Source: Syntrophales bacterium
GTDB taxonomy: Bacteria > Desulfobacterota > Syntrophia > Syntrophales > UBA8958
Assembly (NCBI GenBank): GCA_041664405.1
Contig: JBAYKV010000002.1
Span: forward strand, 1 to 39,859
DNA: 39,859 nt
Direction: 5' to 3'
Shown: positions 35,906-39,859 of the stretch, in pieces
Numbering within the stretch: the first letter of the stretch is position 1
How the letters are laid out: each line of letters begins with the position of its first letter
Program-made: the position numbers and the translations under genes
The notes under the pieces: generated by a model
Told to the model about the DNA's origin: nothing
The model's database searches: none
Seen by the model: the letters and a program-made list of their open reading frames with translations, nothing else

Positions 35906-36156
35906 TTTATCCCCAGCGCCTCCCGAAGGGCCTTTTCATTGAAACCGATGATTACCTTGTCGCCGATGACAATTGTCGGGAAAGAACGGTTGGGATTGTA
36001 TTTGATCACCTCATTGATTACGAGTTGCTTTTCGTCGCCTTCGAGAAGATCCACGTCAGTGGCGTCATAGGCGACATTGCAGTCGCCGAGAAATTTCTTC
36101 GTAGCCTTGCAGTGACTACACGTACTCAGGGTATACATTTTAACTGTTGCCGCCAT
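35902..36156 (-). CDS. Glutaredoxin-like small redox protein (CxxC = CSHC)
   Basis: 84 aa. VKMYTLSTCSHCKATKKFL...PTIVIGDKVIIGF thioredoxin-fold pattern. AAGGAGG lies 8 nt upstream of ATG 36156. Confidence 0.75.
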   Translation of the reverse strand: MAATVKMYTLSTCSHCKATKKFLGDCNVAYDATDVDLLEGDEKQLVINEVIKYNPNRSFPTIVIGDKVIIGFNEKALREALGIK

Positions 36157-36182
36157 AGTTTATGCCTCCTTACGATAAATAG

Positions 36183-36476
36183 TTACGGCCACTCGAAGTC
36201 CACGACGAGAATGGTCTCGCACATGCTTCTGACCTCTTGAAGTACGGGAATATGGTCGGGGTGGACCTGATAACTCTTTAAGGAATCAAGGTCCGTGAAA
36301 CTCGCTGACAGTGCGAAATCGTAAGACCTTTCAGACTTGAGAATGTCCGGCCCGAATTCAAACGTCTTGATCTCGCCAATTTTCCTGGGGAGTGATCCAA
36401 GAGCCTTTTTCAGGCCTTCAACTTGCGACGTATCAATGTCCTTTTTGAATTTCATGAAGACTATGTGTTTCAGCAT
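36183..36476 (-). CDS. Dabb (stress-responsive alpha/beta barrel) domain protein
   Basis: 97 aa. MLKHIVFMKFKKD...FEFG...SYDFAL...F.....L..Y..HP.H is a typical Dabb pattern. GAGGAGG upstream. Confidence 0.7.
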   Translation of the reverse strand: MLKHIVFMKFKKDIDTSQVEGLKKALGSLPRKIGEIKTFEFGPDILKSERSYDFALSASFTDLDSLKSYQVHPDHIPVLQEVRSMCETILVVDFEWP

Positions 36477-36563
36477 GGGACCTCCTCGACATTCTTTTTA
36501 TTGCCCAAATATCACCACTATATACATATGCTAATTTCTGATAGAATTCAATCGAAATTACTG

Positions 36564-36926
36564 TCAGAACGGTTTCCATCGGGGACATATCTCTGCGGAT
36601 GAGGGCACAAAATTCCTGCAGACGGCAGGACGTGTTTCATAGATGGAGCATGCCGAATGATCTTCCTCCCATATCAGAAAAGGACAGCCATGAAGATAAC
36701 GTCCGCTATCGGCAGAAATAAGATGGTCTCCCATCCACATGGCATGTTCGTTATCGATTACAGACATAATATCCGTCCGTCCCTCCTTTATCCATCGCAG
36801 GATGTCTTCATCCCTGACATAGGCGATAAAGTCGGCGAGACAGCATTTCCCGCAGCGGCGGCAATGCTCTTCGGAGGAATAATTATTGAGGTTCATGTTT
36901 TTCTTTACTGAGCAGGAGATATTCAT
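36564..36926 (-). CDS. YkgJ-family (UPF0153) Cys-cluster protein
   Basis: 120 aa. CRRCGKCC plus downstream CPF...C..Y..RP..CR motifs. Alternative ATG at 36896. Confidence 0.7.
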   Translation of the reverse strand: MNISCSVKKNMNLNNYSSEEHCRRCGKCCLADFIAYVRDEDILRWIKEGRTDIMSVIDNEHAMWMGDHLISADSGRYLHGCPFLIWEEDHSACSIYETRPAVCRNFVPSSAEICPRWKPF

Positions 36927-37842
36927 ACTTGTAAAGATCTTCTATGAAATAACGGATGATTTCATCTTCGTCCCGCCAGGGGGAAGGGGCCTTCATGATT
37001 GCTCGCAGCCGAGCCGTCATATCGAAGGGGATAAAATCCGCCACGGGTCCCCGGATGATCTTATAGTCATGGTAATGACCGATCTTTTCAAGATGGGAAA
37101 ACTGGATCGTAAATTCATCGTGGCCCTTGAGCGTAATGCATTCAGGATTGTCCGATGCGGAAACGCTGATAAGGTCTCTATACGGACCGGTTACCGCGGC
37201 TTCACAACTGTGCTCACTTAGGAAGATAAAGGGAACTTGGGCACAGCAAAGCTTTTCCAGGGCCATGAGCGCCCCGATATTAATGTGAAATGCAGGAAGT
37301 TGAGGTTCCGTGAGACCATATCTGGCAAAGAACTCCCAGACCAGCTTCAGATCAGGAGATAAAGTTGCCGGGGAGCTCGCGAGAAAATCTCCTGTCAGAT
37401 CGGTGATAGTGGGATAGTCGCCGATATTTTCATTCAAGACAGCGAGGTCCACGTCTTCAAAAACCATCGGAGGGGTGTCAAGAAAGTCTTCTTCACGGAA
37501 GGAGAAGGCACCCGGGAAGCCACTCAATGTAAACTTCTGCTGATCGAGAAGGTGCGGGGAAATATCGATCATAGTCACCTTCTGAAATGGTTTCCGGCGC
37601 AAAAAATCTCTCATAAGCCACCCATAACCACCGCCTACCTCGAGGAGATGGATAATTCGGTTAAATGGAAAAAGGCCATTCAGGTAATCGAAGAGAAGAT
37701 TCCCATATGAGTCATTAATGTTAAGCGTCATACGGCAAGGACTGTGGAGATCAGCCAGGGTATTACACAGAGTCGTTTCCCAACCGAGAGTGCGGAGGTC
37801 CTGGCGATGATAATCTGCCGATGAATGAACCGTGAATTCCAT
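36883..37842 (-). CDS. Putative class I SAM-dependent methyltransferase
   Basis: 319 aa. A motif-I-like segment (IIHLLEVGGGYGWLMRDFL) followed by an acidic loop (MIDISP). No closer family recognised. Confidence 0.5.
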   Translation of the reverse strand: MEFTVHSSADYHRQDLRTLGWETTLCNTLADLHSPCRMTLNINDSYGNLLFDYLNGLFPFNRIIHLLEVGGGYGWLMRDFLRRKPFQKVTMIDISPHLLDQQKFTLSGFPGAFSFREEDFLDTPPMVFEDVDLAVLNENIGDYPTITDLTGDFLASSPATLSPDLKLVWEFFARYGLTEPQLPAFHINIGALMALEKLCCAQVPFIFLSEHSCEAAVTGPYRDLISVSASDNPECITLKGHDEFTIQFSHLEKIGHYHDYKIIRGPVADFIPFDMTARLRAIMKAPSPWRDEDEIIRYFIEDLYKYEYLLLSKEKHEPQ

Positions 37843-37969
37843 ATTGACCTTTACTATATCAGTAGTAATGACTATTTTAACAAGATATTCAAGTATTGGT
37901 TATTGTTTTTGTATGAAACGATCTTTTTTGACTTGTGTCAAGCACTTCGTGCAAATATGAAAATACTTA

Positions 37970-37998
37970 TTGACAAATATTTCTAAATTCTATATCAT
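37970..37998 (+). promoter_or_regulatory. Sigma70-type promoter candidate for the EF-G gene
   Basis: TTGACA (37970-37975), a 17-nt spacer, then TATCAT (37993-37998), in an AT-rich intergenic region about 42 nt upstream of ATG 38040. Confidence 0.45.
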
Positions 37999-38039
37999 TT
38001 CCGGCTTCCACATATAAATAACTGCGAGAAAATACCATT

Positions 38040-39859
38040 ATGAAGAGAGATTTGACAAGGATCAGAAATATCGGTATCAGCGCCCATATCGATTCGGGAA
38101 AGACGACCCTCACGGAGAGGATCCTTTTTTACACGAAGCGTATCCATGCCATCCATGAAGTAAAGGGGAAGGACGGCGTGGGAGCGACGATGGATTCCAT
38201 GGAATTGGAAAAGGAAAGAGGCATTACCATTGCCTCCGCTGCAACCTATTGTGAATGGTCGGGACATGAGGTCAACATTATTGATACGCCCGGGCATGTC
38301 GATTTTACCATCGAAGTCGAAAGATCTCTCCGGGTGCTGGATGGAGCGGTTCTTGTCCTTTGTTCGGTCGGGGGCGTGCAATCTCAGTCGATTACCGTAG
38401 ATCAGCAGATGAAACGTTACCAGGTTCCCTGTATTGCTTTCATAAACAAATGTGATCGTAGCGGGGCTAATCCAAGTAGGGTGATAGAACAGCTCCGGAC
38501 AAAGCTTGGTCATAACGCCGTGGCGCTGCAGATGCCTATCGGTCTGGAATCGGATTTTCGGGGAATCGTCGATCTCGTTTCTATGCAGGCCCTCTATTTT
38601 GACGGGCCTCATGGCGAGGATATCCGGAGCGAAGATATTCCGCAACAAATGCTTGCGGAAGCGCGGCAAAAACGGGAAGAACTGATTGACCAAGCCTCCG
38701 CATTTTCTGATGAACTAACCGATGCCATCCTGGAAGAAAAGGAAATCACAACGGAAATGATAATTGCCGCTCTTCGCAAGGGGACACTGGAACGTCATAT
38801 GACCCCGGTGATTATCGGCTCGGCATACAAGAATAAGGGTGTTCAGCTTCTCTTAAATGCGGTGGCTGAATTGCTGCCATCTCCGGAAGAGGTAAAAAAT
38901 ACCGCCTTGAATCTGGATGAAAATGAGGCGCCGGTGACGCTAAGCAGCAATCCCGAAGATCCCATCGTCGCGCTGGCTTTCAAGCTTGAGGACGGGGCTT
39001 ATGGCCAGTTGACTTATATTCGTGTCTATCAGGGCACGATTGCCAAAGGAACGACCATCATCAATATTCGTTCCGGAAAAAAAATAAAGGTGGGCCGTCT
39101 GGTGAGAATGCATGCCGACCAGATGGAAGATATCGAGATGATCCAAGCTGGTTACATCGGTGCACTCTTTGGAATTGAATGCGCCTCCGGCGATACCTTT
39201 GTTTCTCCCGGCCTGAATTTGGCGATGACCTCCATGTATGTCCCCGATCCGGTCATCTCCCTCGCTATTGAGCCCAAGGATAGCAAGGCTCAGATCAACA
39301 TGTCGAAGGCCCTGCAACGTTTTACAAAGGAAGATCCCACATTCCGTTGTCATGTGGATGGGGAAACGAATGAAACGATCATTGAAGGAATGGGTGAACT
39401 GCATCTCGATGTATATGTGGAACGAATGAGGCGGGAATACGACGCCGAGGTGACGACGGGCAACCCGCGTGTCGCCTACCGGGAAACGATCACCCAGCGC
39501 GCTGATTTTAATTATATCCACAAAAAGCAGACCGGAGGCTCCGGACAATATGGCCGGATAGCGGGATACCTTGAGCCCACCACGGAAGGCGATTTTATTT
39601 TCGACAACCAGATCACCGGGGGCGCAATTCCCACCCAGTATATTCCGGCCTGTGAGAAAGGATTCCGACAGTCCCTCGCGAAGGGTCCTAAACTCGAATT
39701 TCCCATTACCGGCGTCAAGGTGGCCATTAATGACGGGGCCTACCATGCCGTTGATTCGTCCGATATGGCATTCCAGGCTGCCGCCCGTGGGGCGTTCAGA
39801 GAAGCCTATCTCCGCGCGAAGCCCGTTGTTCACGAACCGATCATGAAGGTAGTCATTGA
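38040..39859 (+). CDS. fusA: Elongation factor G (translation GTPase), 3' end cut by window edge; possibly an EF-G paralogue
   Basis: Absent from the ORF track because there is no stop in the window. My translation reads [32 protein letters not shown]...[13 protein letters not shown]...[23 protein letters not shown]...NKCDR...[10 protein letters not shown]1, G3 and G4 motifs are present. Confidence 0.9.
   Translation, partial: MKRDLTRIRNIGISAHIDSGKTTLTERILFYTKRIHAIHEVKGKDGVGATMDSMELEKERGITIASAATYCEWSGHEVNIIDTPGHVDFTIEVERSLRVLDGAVLVLCSVGGVQSQSITVDQQMKRYQVPCIAFINKCDRSGANPSRVIEQLRTKLGHNAVALQMPIGLESDFRGIVDLVSMQALYFDGPHGEDIRSEDIPQQMLAEARQKREELIDQASAFSDELTDAILEEKEITTEMIIAALRKGTLERHMTPVIIGSAYKNKGVQLLLNAVAELLPSPEEVKNTALNLDENEAPVTLSSNPEDPIVALAFKLEDGAYGQLTYIRVYQGTIAKGTTIINIRSGKKIKVGRLVRMHADQMEDIEMIQAGYIGALFGIECASGDTFVSPGLNLAMTSMYVPDPVISLAIEPKDSKAQINMSKALQRFTKEDPTFRCHVDGETNETIIEGMGELHLDVYVERMRREYDAEVTTGNPRVAYRETITQRADFNYIHKKQTGGSGQYGRIAGYLEPTTEGDFIFDNQITGGAIPTQYIPACEKGFRQSLAKGPKLEFPITGVKVAINDGAYHAVDSSDMAFQAAARGAFREAYLRAKPVVHEPIMKVVI

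Noticed and set aside
37995-38693. 232-aa minus-strand ORF in the track
   Set aside because: It lies antisense to a clearly recognisable plus-strand EF-G gene with G1, G3 and G4 motifs. Its own translation is low-complexity with no family resemblance, so it is a shadow ORF.
38940-39833. 297-aa minus-strand ORF in the track
   Set aside because: It is also antisense to the EF-G coding sequence, which continues in frame to the window end. It is a shadow ORF.
1-39859. Scan for CRISPR arrays, IS elements/transposases, integrases, tRNA/rRNA genes and long direct or inverted DNA repeats
   Set aside because: I could recognise none by eye. The only periodicity noted is the degenerate 30-nt coding repeat inside the precursor ORF. 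A computational repeat and tRNA scan would be needed to exclude small elements.

Overview
About 39 protein-coding genes, mostly on the minus strand and tightly packed, with many 4-nt ATGA start/stop overlaps. I recognised no rRNA, tRNA, CRISPR array or transposase. Gene content suggests an anaerobic, deltaproteobacterium-like chromosome, but that is inference only.

(1) 1-15.4 kb is a cell-surface polysaccharide locus. It holds GT4, CgeB-like and three GT2 glycosyltransferases, a DegT aminotransferase, a hexapeptide acetyltransferase and a methyltransferase. It also holds a Wzm/Wzt ABC exporter whose Wzt has a C-terminal binding-domain-like extension, an O-antigen-ligase/Wzy-like membrane protein, a Wzc-like tyrosine autokinase and a Wza-like export lipoprotein.

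(2) 15.5-25.6 kb is the most interesting part. It contains a cytoplasmic signal-peptidase-like/GNAT fusion whose catalytic Ser/Lys positions read Cys/His, then an HD-GYP protein. Next comes a compact RiPP-type cassette: a PqqD-like protein, two radical SAM/SPASM enzymes, a 95-aa six-Cys repeat peptide ORF with a strong Shine-Dalgarno (SD) ribosome-binding site, an HPr-kinase-like P-loop protein, an ABC exporter and a PF14907-like nucleotidyltransferase. The cassette sits between an ExeA-like ATPase plus low-molecular-weight (LMW) Tyr-phosphatase and the wza/wzc genes, so it is embedded in the polysaccharide (EPS) locus.

(3) 26-38 kb is housekeeping and redox. It holds a CHASE4-HAMP-PAS sensor with no output domain, PpsR, an MBL hydrolase, ADP-forming acetyl-CoA synthetase, Fe-ADH, an SDR, RmlC and a 2-hydroxyacid dehydrogenase. 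It also holds a ferredoxin:thioredoxin-reductase-like protein with a glutaredoxin-like protein, a Dabb protein, a YkgJ Cys-cluster protein and a methyltransferase.

(4) 38040 to the window end is an edge-truncated plus-strand EF-G gene. It is missing from the ORF track, and its antisense shadows appear there as two long minus-strand ORFs. A second edge-truncated gene (GT4, 1-859, minus strand) is also absent from the track.
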